64,000 nucleotides of DNA from a bacterium (GTDB lineage Bacteria > Krumholzibacteriota > Krumholzibacteriia > G020349025): the NCBI GenBank assembly GCA_031362565.1, contig JANLSU010000073.1, forward strand, positions 64,001 through 128,000, written 5' to 3'. The position numbers were made by a program, and so were the translations under genes. The notes under the pieces were generated by a model. That model searched no databases. It saw only the letters and a program-made list of their open reading frames with translations, and was not told the origin of the DNA. Shown piece by piece: positions 20,198 through 29,667 of the stretch (positions are counted from its first letter, which is position 1; the number at the start of each line of letters is the position of its first letter).

Positions 20198-20857
20198 ATG
20201 GAACGGCTGACCGGCGGCGCCACACGCCGCCTCATCGTCGGAATCTCCGGTGCGAGTGGCGCCCTCTACGCGCAGCGGACGCTCGTCGCGCTCGCCACCA
20301 CGCCGCACCAGGTCGAAGTCGTCGCATCCAAGGTCGGGGCGGAAATTTTCCGCCAAGAGACCGAGCAAGCACTGCCGCGATTCATCGAAGAATTGGTGGC
20401 CCGCGGTGCGCGCCTGCGCCTCTGGGATCCCAACGATTTTTACGCGCCATTTTCGAGCGGCTCCCAATCGTGTGACATGGTCGTCGTGCCGTGCAGCGGC
20501 GGAGCGCTGGGCCGCATCGCGTTCGGGACCTCGCCGGATCTCCTGTCGCGTGCCGCGGACGTCTGCCTTAAAGAGGGCCGGCGGCTGGTGCTCGTGCTGC
20601 GGGAGACGCCGCTTTCCGAAGTACACCTGCGAAACATGCTGCGCCTGCGGCGCGCGGGTGCGGTGATTTTGCCGGCGGCCCCGGGTTTCTATTCGCATCC
20701 CAAAGACTTGGTCGAACTCGCCGACAGTCTCGTGCAACGGGTGTTCGATCAACTCGAAGTCGACGTGCCGGTGTTTCGCCGCTGGCGCGAGCGCGCCGCG
20801 GAGATGCGGCCACCGGGCCCCGAACCCGCGAGCGGCACCGGCGAAGCGCGGGCCTGA
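20198..20857 (+). CDS. ubiX: Flavin prenyltransferase UbiX
   Basis: LIVGISGASGALY, APFSSGS, MVVVPCS, LLSRAADVCLKEGRRLVLVLRETPL, PAAPGFY. Confidence 0.95.
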   Translation: MERLTGGATRRLIVGISGASGALYAQRTLVALATTPHQVEVVASKVGAEIFRQETEQALPRFIEELVARGARLRLWDPNDFYAPFSSGSQSCDMVVVPCSGGALGRIAFGTSPDLLSRAADVCLKEGRRLVLVLRETPLSEVHLRNMLRLRRAGAVILPAAPGFYSHPKDLVELADSLVQRVFDQLEVDVPVFRRWRERAAEMRPPGPEPASGTGEARA

Positions 20858-20934
20858 TCGCGCCGCTTCATCACCAACACCGGCGCCGCGTGGTTCTGCA
20901 CCGCACGCAGCGCGTTCGCGGAGTAACTTCGTCC

Positions 20935-21789
20935 ATGCAGCGTTTGCGACTCTTGCTCGACATGATCAAATTCGAGCACACCATTTTCGCGCTGCCCTTT
21001 GCGCTTCTGGCGTTGTTTCTAGCGTCCGACGGTTGGCCGGCGCCACGCACCCTGCTCTGGGTGCTCGTCGCCATGGTCGGGGCGCGCAGCACCGCGATGG
21101 CGATGAATCGCATCGCCGACCGGCACATCGATGCCGCGAATCCGCGCACCAGCAGCCGCCATCTGCCCGCCGGCCTCGTCTCCTTGCGCGCGGCTTGGGC
21201 ATTCGCGCTCGGATCGGCGGCACTCTTCGTTGGCGCGGCAGCACGTCTGAACTCCTTGACGCTCGCCTTGTCACCGGTGGCCCTGGCGGTTGTGTGGGGC
21301 TACTCGTGGACGAAGCGCTTCACGTGGGCGTCGCATCTCTTCCTGGGGCTCGCTCTCGGACTCGCGCCGCTGGGTGCATGGATCGCGGTGCGCGGCCGTC
21401 TGGACGCGCTGCCGCTCGTGCTTGGCGCCGGCGTCGTGTTGTGGGTGGCGGGATTCGACACGATCTACGCGTGCCAGGATGCGGACTTCGACCGGGCGCA
21501 CGGTCTGTTTTCACTGCCGGCCCGCTGGGGCACACGCGGCGCGCTGCGCGTGGCGCGCGCCCTGCACATTCTCATGCTGGCGACTTTTGCATTGCTTGGT
21601 GTGGCATTCGGCTTCGGCTCGCTCTACGCGGTCGGGCTCACGTGTGTCGCGGCCCTCGTCGTGGCTCAGCACGCGCTCGTGCGAGCGAGCGATCTGCGTC
21701 ACATCGATGTTGCTTTTTTCAACGTGAACAGTATCGTGGGCGTGCTCTTGATGGCCTTTACGCTCGCCGATCGTTTCTTGCGGCGGTGA
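20935..21789 (+). CDS. mqnP: UbiA-family polyprenyltransferase (MqnP type)
   Basis: MIKFEHTIFALPFA, MNRIADRHIDAANPRT, YSWTKRFT, GFDTIYACQDADFD; lies between ubiX and mqnA. Confidence 0.88.
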   Translation: MQRLRLLLDMIKFEHTIFALPFALLALFLASDGWPAPRTLLWVLVAMVGARSTAMAMNRIADRHIDAANPRTSSRHLPAGLVSLRAAWAFALGSAALFVGAAARLNSLTLALSPVALAVVWGYSWTKRFTWASHLFLGLALGLAPLGAWIAVRGRLDALPLVLGAGVVLWVAGFDTIYACQDADFDRAHGLFSLPARWGTRGALRVARALHILMLATFALLGVAFGFGSLYAVGLTCVAALVVAQHALVRASDLRHIDVAFFNVNSIVGVLLMAFTLADRFLRR

Positions 21790-21997
21790 ATCAAAGGCAG
21801 ACGCGGTGCGGAATGCGCGGCCATGGCCGCCGTCTCGCGCCGCCTCGGCAGGAACGCACGCTCGGACGGCCTGGAGTTTGCACAGATCCGTCACGTGTGT
21901 CTCGTAGGACGCGACCGCGGCTCCGCCGGAGCAGGGACGCGCCGGGGGAAGCCGGGCAGGGTGGGGCGGACGAGAACCGGGACGAGGAGGCTCGACC

Positions 21998-22795
21998 ATG
22001 TCGCGCGTACGCATCGGTGCAGTTTCATTTCTGAACACGCGTCCACTGGCGCACGGCCTGCAATCGGGTCCGGACTACGTCGTGAGCTACGATTCGCCGG
22101 GAAATCTCGCTGAAAAGCTCCGTTTGGGCGAGATCGACGTCGGTCTCATCCCGATCGTCGAGCATTTGCGCGGCGTCGGCGACTCCTACGTGCCTGGAAT
22201 CGGGATCGCGTCCGACGGGCCGGTTCGCACCGTCAAGCTGTACAGCCGCGTGCCGTTCGAGTCGTTGCACGATGTGGCCGTTGATGGCAGATCGCGGACG
22301 TCGGTGGCGCTGCTTCGCATCCTGCTCTCGGAGCGCTTCGGTGTGACGCCGGACTTCTACAGCCACAGGGCCGACCTTCCCGACATGCTGCGGGCGCACG
22401 AGGCGGGTCTTGTCATCGGCGATGCGGCGTTCCCGGATACCGGCGCACCGCATGTCTGGGATCTGGGCCAGGCGTGGAAGGAACTCACCGGGCTGCCGTT
22501 CGTGTACGCCGTATGGACGATGAATGAGGGCGTCGATCGTGAACGCGTCGGGCGCTGGCTCAAGGATTCGCTCGCCTCGGGTCTTTCGCACCTCGAAGAC
22601 ATCGCCGTGCAGGCGGTGGAATCGGTGCCGGGCGAGGAAGCGCCGTCGCTGCTCCGCTACCTGCGCGACAACCTGCATTTTGTGCTCGGCGATCGCGACG
22701 TGCAGGGGATCGAGACATTCCAAAAGCTTTGCCAGCGCTACAATCTGATTCCGGCGAGCACGACGCCGCGGATTCTGGCGGCGGCTCACCCCTGA
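21998..22795 (+). CDS. mqnA: Chorismate dehydratase (futalosine pathway)
   Basis: IGAVSFLNTRPL, GIASDGPVRTV, SRTSVALL, LVIGDAA, DLGQAWKELTGLPFVYAVW. Confidence 0.93.
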   Translation: MSRVRIGAVSFLNTRPLAHGLQSGPDYVVSYDSPGNLAEKLRLGEIDVGLIPIVEHLRGVGDSYVPGIGIASDGPVRTVKLYSRVPFESLHDVAVDGRSRTSVALLRILLSERFGVTPDFYSHRADLPDMLRAHEAGLVIGDAAFPDTGAPHVWDLGQAWKELTGLPFVYAVWTMNEGVDRERVGRWLKDSLASGLSHLEDIAVQAVESVPGEEAPSLLRYLRDNLHFVLGDRDVQGIETFQKLCQRYNLIPASTTPRILAAAHP

Positions 22796-22867
22796 CCGTA
22801 AAGACTCGCGGGCCGGCGTTGTCTCCAGGCCGGCGCCTTCGGGTCGGAGCGTGCGTGCCTGGCGCTC

Positions 22868-24238
22868 TCAAGCGCCGCTCTGCCACGCCGGTCCCAGTGT
22901 TTCGCGCTCGTGCCGCAGCACGAAATCCGCTGCCGCCCACAAGATGAGCACTCCCACGAGATGCACTGCGGTGACCGCCACGAGCGGTCCGTGCCGGAGC
23001 GCCGGCCAGAGAATCGGCACGTGCGCCGAAGAGAAGAAAAATCCAACGCATGCCGCCAGCCCCACCCGCCGGGCCCAGGGTGCCCCGTTCTCGCCGGCGC
23101 GCAGAACCGCCAGCATCAGCACCGGCCACACGAACAGCATCGCTGCCAGGGTCTGAACCCAAGTCAATTTCATCAGCGCCAGCAACGCCAAGACCACGAA
23201 GCCGAGTTCGAGCGGCACGAGTGCCGCGGCGCGCCGTCGGGCCGCTAAGCGTCGCAGTGTCGCCCATCCAACCACCGCCGCTGCCATCACCGACAGGACG
23301 CGTTTCAATCCCGGCGCATCGAAGGGTGAATTCACCCAGGCACTCGGGACGAGAAAGCGCGACAGCACGGCGTCGAGACTCTGGTTCATGGGCGGGGCGA
23401 CTTCGTCACGCACCCCAGGCAGGATCGCATCGCGGACGTACGCCGTGATGATTCCCGGCCCCCAATGGACGATCGCCGGCACCATGCTGAGGGCGAGCCC
23501 GAGAAGGGCGATTCCCGCCGCCCGGCGCCGCCCGCGCCAGGCAACGAACGGCAAGAGCACCACCGGCACGAGCTTCGCCCACGTCGCGAGGCAGATCGCG
23601 CCGGCGAGCAGCATGTCGCTCGCGAGATTCGATCGGCTCGCTTCCGGTGCAACCGGGGTTCCGGTCGCGGGCCGTGGCGCCGGCGGGGCCGGCAGCATCG
23701 CCAACGCCATTGCCGCCATACAGGCGAACAACAGCGCACCGACCGAACCGGCGCGAATATCGTTGTGGACGCTCGTCGAGTTGAGCGCCGCGGCAAAGAA
23801 CGCCGCGAGCAACATCCAGACGGGTCCGGGGTTCACAATCCCGAGCCAGGCAGCGTTCCGGCGCACGAGCCGCACGGTGAACGCCATCGCCGCCAGCAGC
23901 CATGCCGTCGTGAGCAGCATCCACACTTGGCGCGCTTCCTCGTACGACAAGTGTGCGAGTGGTTGCATGGCGAGCGCGAACGGCGGCGGATACAAGAACG
24001 GAAATTGGTCGTACCCGAACCCCAGGGCGCGGCCGCGGGCGGCGATCGCGCCGCGATCGTACGGCGACCGGTGGTCGCGCGTTTGCGCCGCGGCCAAGTA
24101 ATACGTCGCAAAGTCGGTGCTCGGCGGCAGGTTGTTGATTTGCACGCCGGTTGTCGCGATGACGAACTCCGCCGTCGTTACCAGCATGATGCCGATGCAA
24201 ATGCGCCGCACGAGCCGATCGGAGTTGGCGGCCGTCAT
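22868..24238 (-). CDS. GT87-like (GT-C fold) membrane glycosyltransferase
   Basis: TDFATYYLAA, PFLYPPPFAL, WAKLVP, NQSL motifs; many TM helices; ATGA overlap with upstream GT4. Confidence 0.82.
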   Translation of the reverse strand: MTAANSDRLVRRICIGIMLVTTAEFVIATTGVQINNLPPSTDFATYYLAAAQTRDHRSPYDRGAIAARGRALGFGYDQFPFLYPPPFALAMQPLAHLSYEEARQVWMLLTTAWLLAAMAFTVRLVRRNAAWLGIVNPGPVWMLLAAFFAAALNSTSVHNDIRAGSVGALLFACMAAMALAMLPAPPAPRPATGTPVAPEASRSNLASDMLLAGAICLATWAKLVPVVLLPFVAWRGRRRAAGIALLGLALSMVPAIVHWGPGIITAYVRDAILPGVRDEVAPPMNQSLDAVLSRFLVPSAWVNSPFDAPGLKRVLSVMAAAVVGWATLRRLAARRRAAALVPLELGFVVLALLALMKLTWVQTLAAMLFVWPVLMLAVLRAGENGAPWARRVGLAACVGFFFSSAHVPILWPALRHGPLVAVTAVHLVGVLILWAAADFVLRHERETLGPAWQSGA

Positions 24239-25458
24239 GCGGGCTCCGAGGCGCGCCCCGTGAGCCGGTCGACGAGGGCGATTTCGGCCGCGACGCGCGC
24301 CTCCCATCCCATGAAGTGCGCCCGTGCGAACTCGCGCGCCTGCCGGCCGAGGCGTAGGCGGAGATCGCGATCACTGGCGACACGCACCATGCATTCGACG
24401 AGCGCCGCGGCGTTTTCCTCCGGCGCCAGCAGGCCGGTTTCGCCGTCGCGCACCACTTCCGATGTGCCGCCGACGTCGAGGGCCACGACCGGGGTTCCGA
24501 CGACCATCGCTTCGCAGGTTGGAATCGACATGTTGGTGAGCGTCGAGGTCGAGACGAACACATCCGCGCCGGCCATCACGAACGGCACACGATCGTGGGT
24601 GACGGTGCCCAGAAATCGCGCCCGGATGCCCAACGCCTGGCAGCGCCGTTCGAGCCCCGGGCGCGACGGGCCGTCGCCCGCGATCCACAGTTCGACCGGC
24701 GCCGTGCTGCGGCGCATGGTTTCCGGCATCGCTTCGACGATGCGGTCGACGCGTTTCGATTCGACAAGCCGCGACAGCGAGAGAAAAACGACGGTGTCGC
24801 GCCCGGTGCCGAACTCGGCACGGGTCGCCTCGCGCCCGAAGTCGCGCTCGGCCCATTCCATGTCGATGCCGTTGGGCAAGTACGTGATGCGGCCGGCCGG
24901 CACGCCCCAGCGCCGCGCTGCCGCCGCGCCGCGCGTGCCGTCATTCAAGATCAGAAAATGATCGAGCGGCACCTTGAAAGCGAGGATCCCTTCGGCGGCG
25001 TGATACAGGTAGCGCGGCAGCGGCCAATCGAGGCGTACCGCCTGCATGACTCCGAACAACTTGAGAACCGACGGCACCCGAGCGGCGCGTCCGGCGCGCC
25101 ACGCCGGCCAGGCGCCATAGTGTGAGAAACCCATGACGAGCGCCGGCCGCAATTCGCGTCCGAGCCGCACGGCATGGCGTCCCGCGACGGCCCAAAACGC
25201 CGGCAACAGCCACAAGCGCTTGAGGGGCGCCGGAAGGAAACCCGGCACGGCCAACACATTGGGGAAGGTGTGCACAGTGAGACCGGGTTCCGACACGATG
25301 CGATCACCGGTCCGCGGCACCAGCAGATGCAGGTCCCACCCGGCGCGGCGCAATCCCGCGAACATGTGGCTCTCGTCCGAGACCCCGGCGCCTGGTGCCA
25401 TCGACCAGAGGCTTGGCCATGGGCTCACGATCAAGATGGAACTTCGCGGCGCGACGAT
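24235..25458 (-). CDS. Glycosyltransferase family 4
   Basis: LPNGID, SLSRLVESKRVD, IAGDGP, ADVFV...CEAMVVGTPVVALDVGGTSEVVRDGETGLL. Start uncertain: TTG at 25434, or non-canonical ATC at 25458 just after GAGGAGG. Confidence 0.9.
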   Translation of the reverse strand: MVAPRSSILIVSPWPSLWSMAPGAGVSDESHMFAGLRRAGWDLHLLVPRTGDRIVSEPGLTVHTFPNVLAVPGFLPAPLKRLWLLPAFWAVAGRHAVRLGRELRPALVMGFSHYGAWPAWRAGRAARVPSVLKLFGVMQAVRLDWPLPRYLYHAAEGILAFKVPLDHFLILNDGTRGAAAARRWGVPAGRITYLPNGIDMEWAERDFGREATRAEFGTGRDTVVFLSLSRLVESKRVDRIVEAMPETMRRSTAPVELWIAGDGPSRPGLERRCQALGIRARFLGTVTHDRVPFVMAGADVFVSTSTLTNMSIPTCEAMVVGTPVVALDVGGTSEVVRDGETGLLAPEENAAALVECMVRVASDRDLRLRLGRQAREFARAHFMGWEARVAAEIALVDRLTGRASEPA

Positions 25459-25504
25459 GGTTCCTCCTCGTGCAGCGTGCGCGCCGGGCGCGCCTTCCCG
25501 TGGG

Positions 25505-25534
25505 TTGCGGGCTGACCGAAGACGACACTATACT
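25505..25534 (+). promoter_or_regulatory. Candidate sigma70 promoter TTGCGG-N18-TATACT
   Basis: Located in the divergent intergenic region before the 25602 gene. Confidence 0.45.
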
Positions 25535-25601
25535 GGCCGGGCTCTCGAACCGCTGGCCCGGGCTTCTCCAGACTAGAGGAACGCGCCTCGTGACCCATTC
25601 G

Positions 25602-27527
25602 ATGCGTGCCCGCCCTCTTGCGATCGCCCTCGTTGTGGCCTGCGCCGGCTTGGGCTCTGCAGGGGCCTTGCCCCAACGCACCCTCGTTGCCCGGCCGTTG
25701 CCGCCCAGCGTGCTGGCTGCAGCCGAGTCCAACGGCGGTCCGCGGCTCACGGCCGAGTCCGCCCGCGCGCTCGCCGATTCACTCCTGGGTGGCGTGAGCG
25801 GCGTGCGCGGATTGAAGAGTCTGCGCCCGGTCCCGGTCGAGGCGCTCGACCGTTCCCACATGCGGGCGCGCCTGGAAGAGATTGCCCGCCAGGACGGCAT
25901 CGAGCCGGCGTTGCGTCAGGAAGAAACGCTGCTGCGCTGGCTCGGGCTCATGCCCGCGGATGCGGATCTCGTGCACCTCTACCATGACTTGCTCGAAGAG
26001 CAAGTCGCGGGGTTCTACGACATCGACCGGCGCGAACTCGTGCTCGCCGACTGGGTTCCCCGCCAGTTGCAAGCCGTCGTGCTCGAGCATGAACTCGTGC
26101 ACGCGCTGCAGGACCAACATTTCAGTTTGCGGGTGCGCAAGCGCTTGGGGTTCGACAATCCCGACGCCGAGGCGGCTTGGCATGCCCTCATCGAGGGTGA
26201 CGCGACCGCGGTCATGGCCGAGATGGAACTCGCGCCGACCGGCGCACATTTCCCGGCGCTCTTGGACAGCGGCACGACGGTGACTCTCGCTTCACCGGCG
26301 GCGCGCGCGGCAGCCGGCGGTTACGACTCGGAGCGCTTTCGCGCCGCTCCGGCCTCGGTGCGCCAAAGTTTGGCCTTTCCGTACGTCAGCGGCATGCGTT
26401 ACGTGGCGGCCCTTTTTCGGACCGGCGGCTGGCCGGCCGTCGATGCGGCCTTCGTGCATCCGCCGGTTTCGACCGAGCAGATCCTGCATCCCGATCGCGT
26501 CGACAACGCCAAGGATTTGCCGGTACGCATCGCGTTGCCCGACCTGACCGGCATGCTGGGTGAAGGCTATCGATTGCTCGGCACTGGTTTTCTGGGTGAG
26601 CAGGATCTGCGTGTTTACTTGGCCCAGTACGTGGATCATGACCTTGCCTCGGTGGCGTGCGATGGATGGGCCGGCTGCGCTTGGGCATTGTATGGCGGTG
26701 ATGCGTCGATCAAACCAGTCTTCGTGCTGTCGTCGACCTGGGATTCCGACGACGACGCGGTCGAGTTCTTTGGCGGAGTCATTGGCACGCTGGAAGCGCG
26801 CTACCCGCAGCAAACCGGCTACACGGACGCCTCGACGCAAGATCAAATCCTCTGGAACGAGGACAAGGACGGCAAGTTCTTGAACGTCCTGCGGGTGCGC
26901 GAAAAACAAGTCCTGTGCGTCGAAATGCTGCCGAGCACCAAATTGCAGCGGGTACTGGGCAAACTCGACACGGCGTCGCAGTTCGACGACCCGGCGCCCG
27001 AGGTGCGGGCGCGCGAGAAGGGGAACCTGCCCTGGAACCGTCTCGTTCGCGCTGTCGGCGCCAGCGCGATGACCCTGCAAATGGATTTGCCGGACGGCTG
27101 GACGCTGCTGCCGGCGGCGCCGGACTCGTCGATCATTCTCGCCGCAACGCGCGGCACCGCGCGCTTGCAATTGCAGATCGACCGCCATGCATCACGCGAA
27201 ATCGGTCTCGACGGCCACGCCCATGCGGTCGCGAGCGCGCTGCAGAAACACGGCCGGGGAATCTACGTGCAGACGGACGTCACCTACCCGCGCAAGGACG
27301 CGCGGATGTATCAACACGTCTTCACGCAATACGAAGGCGAGGAACAATTCGCCTACTACATCGCGGTCCTCGATCTCACCGAGGGCATGGGGACTTTGAC
27401 GATTCGCGGCTCGGCGGAGAAGGATCCGGGCCTCGAACCCCTCTTCTACTCGCTGCTCGAAACGGTGCGCGTGGTACCGGCCGTGGCTTCGGACACGGTG
27501 CTGCCCATTCCGCCGCACGGCAACTGA
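25602..27527 (+). CDS. Exported HExxH zinc-metallopeptidase-like protein with extra C-terminal domain
   Basis: Signal peptide; EQVAGFYD, VLEHELVHALQDQHF, ALIEGDAT, FPYVSG, PPVSTEQILHP. Confidence 0.75.
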   Translation: MRARPLAIALVVACAGLGSAGALPQRTLVARPLPPSVLAAAESNGGPRLTAESARALADSLLGGVSGVRGLKSLRPVPVEALDRSHMRARLEEIARQDGIEPALRQEETLLRWLGLMPADADLVHLYHDLLEEQVAGFYDIDRRELVLADWVPRQLQAVVLEHELVHALQDQHFSLRVRKRLGFDNPDAEAAWHALIEGDATAVMAEMELAPTGAHFPALLDSGTTVTLASPAARAAAGGYDSERFRAAPASVRQSLAFPYVSGMRYVAALFRTGGWPAVDAAFVHPPVSTEQILHPDRVDNAKDLPVRIALPDLTGMLGEGYRLLGTGFLGEQDLRVYLAQYVDHDLASVACDGWAGCAWALYGGDASIKPVFVLSSTWDSDDDAVEFFGGVIGTLEARYPQQTGYTDASTQDQILWNEDKDGKFLNVLRVREKQVLCVEMLPSTKLQRVLGKLDTASQFDDPAPEVRAREKGNLPWNRLVRAVGASAMTLQMDLPDGWTLLPAAPDSSIILAATRGTARLQLQIDRHASREIGLDGHAHAVASALQKHGRGIYVQTDVTYPRKDARMYQHVFTQYEGEEQFAYYIAVLDLTEGMGTLTIRGSAEKDPGLEPLFYSLLETVRVVPAVASDTVLPIPPHGN

Positions 27528-29458
27528 GCCCCTGGCGCCGCGGTGGCTTCGTAGCCCGGCCAGGCGCGCAACCGTTTCAGGTTCGGTTCCGTCTTCTGCT
27601 GCAGTTTGTTCATCCGGTGCAGGATGCGATCCAGCAGCCGCATCGCGTCGATCACATGCGGACCTTTGTTGAGCATGACGCATTCGGCGCGCACCGCGGA
27701 AGCCGCGTCGGTGATTTCGGCCCGCGACGGCAAGCCGGTCTTTGTGAGCGACTCGAGAACCTGGGTGGCCCACACCACCGGAACGTGAGCCGCGGCGCAG
27801 ATCCACAGGATCTGTTCCTGGATTTCGGCCAGTGATTCCCAACCACACTGCACCGCCAGGTCGCCGCGCGCGATCATGACACCGACCGCACGATCCTGCA
27901 TGGCCGCCAGGAGCAAGTCGGGCAGGCGCTCGAAGGCCAGGCGGGTTTCGATCTTGAGCAGGATACCGACGTGCTCGGCGTGCAAGGCTCCTAGGCGCGA
28001 TTGCAACTCCAGAACGTCGGCCGGGCTCTGCACCCATGACAACCCGGCGATGTCGGCATGCCCGGCGACGAACGCCAAGTGCTCGACGTCCTGGGGGGTG
28101 AGTGCCGGCAGTTGCAGGTCGCTGTCGGGGAGATTGATGCCGCGATCCGCATGAATTTTGCTTCCGTCCGGATGGGCGTGATGAATGTCGATTTCGACGT
28201 CACCGTCGGCGACCTGGCGCACGGTGCCACCGATCTTGCCGTCATCGATCCAAACCGGCTGGCCGGCGCGGACGCGTTCGAGGGCTGCCGGGAGGGTGCA
28301 CGACACGATCGCCGGCGCAATGACGCGCCCGCTCGCATCGACCTGTGCCGGTGCTGCAACGACGGGCTGCGATGTCAAGACGAGCCGGTCGCCCGGGCGC
28401 ACGACGATGGCGCCCGGGCGCCGTTGAATCCCGTAAGCGTGCGCCCACTCACCGCCGCCGGAACGCCGGCGCCGCGAACTCGTGCGCTGGAATCGCGTTT
28501 CCGGTGTGACGTACGCCGTCCGCGAACAGGAGCCCCAGCAACTGCGTCCATGAGATTCCGTGATGTCGATCGACCGCCGGTCGCCGCGCGCATCCTCGAA
28601 TTCCACGCTGTCACCCGGCCGTAAGGATTCGAGCCAATAGGCCGGCAATCGCAGTGTCGCGTCGGGTTGACGCGGTGCGGGTTCGGGGTGCGGCCAGGGT
28701 GTCAGCCACAAACGTGCCGGCGAGAGCACCCGGCCCAGTTCATCGCGCCGCGGCTTCCAACGCAGGACGGGCGCCGTTTCGCTCACCGGACCGGTGCGTA
28801 TTTTGGGACCGGCAAGATCCATGAGGATTCGGCAGGCGCGTTGCGTGTCGCGCTGCGCGCTGCGTAGGTTGGCAATCATGCCTGTCCACGCCGCCGGGCC
28901 GTCGTGCGCACAATTGATGCGCATGCAGTCCATGCCGCTGGCGAGCAATGCCTGAACGAAGCCGGCATCCTCCGCCGCCTGTGACGGCATGGTCACCATG
29001 ATGCGGCCCTTGCGTCCGCGCGGCGCCGGCCCCAGGAGAGCCTCGGTGCGCGCCGCCAACAGCGCCGGTCCAGCTCCGAACGGCACGACGCGCGACGCGG
29101 TAGGAAAGGGCGGCGGACTGCGGTCCGCGAGGCAGCACAAGACGCGGAGCACTGCCTGCAGGTTGCCCATCACGTGGGACTCTGCACGGCCGAGCGACGA
29201 AACGCCGAGTGACTGCAGGCTCGCCTGCAGCGGGCGAATATCGCCGCTGCGAAGTGCAAGGTAGTGGATAAGATTGCGCGCGCTCGGCACGTGCGCCGTG
29301 GAAACCCGCGCCAGCGAGGGCGCGTGCTCGTCCTCGACTCGCACCAAGCGTTCGGACAATGCGGCAAGCTCCTCGATGAGAACATCGAGGCTGCGGGGCG
29401 GGAACGGGCCGGGCGACACATGGTCGTCCTGCATGCCGGGCGCGGAAATCATGTCCAT
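27446..29458 (-). CDS. pyk: Atypical long pyruvate kinase (expanded B domain, no C domain)
   Basis: IMVTMP, MRINCAHD, MDLAGPKIRTG, WIDDGKI, RGINLPD, LKIETR, MIARGDLAV, WATQVLES, PSRAEITDA, CVMLNKG. Start is one of 29458/29452/29434. Confidence 0.88.
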   Translation of the reverse strand: MDMISAPGMQDDHVSPGPFPPRSLDVLIEELAALSERLVRVEDEHAPSLARVSTAHVPSARNLIHYLALRSGDIRPLQASLQSLGVSSLGRAESHVMGNLQAVLRVLCCLADRSPPPFPTASRVVPFGAGPALLAARTEALLGPAPRGRKGRIMVTMPSQAAEDAGFVQALLASGMDCMRINCAHDGPAAWTGMIANLRSAQRDTQRACRILMDLAGPKIRTGPVSETAPVLRWKPRRDELGRVLSPARLWLTPWPHPEPAPRQPDATLRLPAYWLESLRPGDSVEFEDARGDRRSIDITESHGRSCWGSCSRTAYVTPETRFQRTSSRRRRSGGGEWAHAYGIQRRPGAIVVRPGDRLVLTSQPVVAAPAQVDASGRVIAPAIVSCTLPAALERVRAGQPVWIDDGKIGGTVRQVADGDVEIDIHHAHPDGSKIHADRGINLPDSDLQLPALTPQDVEHLAFVAGHADIAGLSWVQSPADVLELQSRLGALHAEHVGILLKIETRLAFERLPDLLLAAMQDRAVGVMIARGDLAVQCGWESLAEIQEQILWICAAAHVPVVWATQVLESLTKTGLPSRAEITDAASAVRAECVMLNKGPHVIDAMRLLDRILHRMNKLQQKTEPNLKRLRAWPGYEATAAPGAQLPCGGMGSTVSEATAGTTRTVSSSE

Positions 29459-29586
29459 CACTTCATGCGGGGAACCGTCGCGAACGCAAGAAGCGAACGA
29501 ATGTTCTTGAAGCGCAGCGCCACATTTGCACCGCCACCGCGCCCGGCGCAACGGTTTCTTGGCGAGGGAACGCAATCTCAGCGGGA

Positions 29587-29613
29587 TTCACATGTTCTTC
29601 ACATTGCTCACAT
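29587..29613 (-). promoter_or_regulatory. Direct repeats ATGTGA(A/G) upstream of the pyruvate kinase gene
   Basis: On the + strand, TTCACAT at 29587 and 29598 (11-bp period) plus CTCACAT at 29607. Confidence 0.45.
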
Positions 29614-29667
29614 GGGATGGCCATGCAATCGGGATGTATGCTTCATCCTCGAAGATGGTGGGCAGAA

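Noticed and set aside
20198..22795. ubiX-ubiA-mqnA as a novel pathway
   Set aside because: Standard futalosine menaquinone genes.
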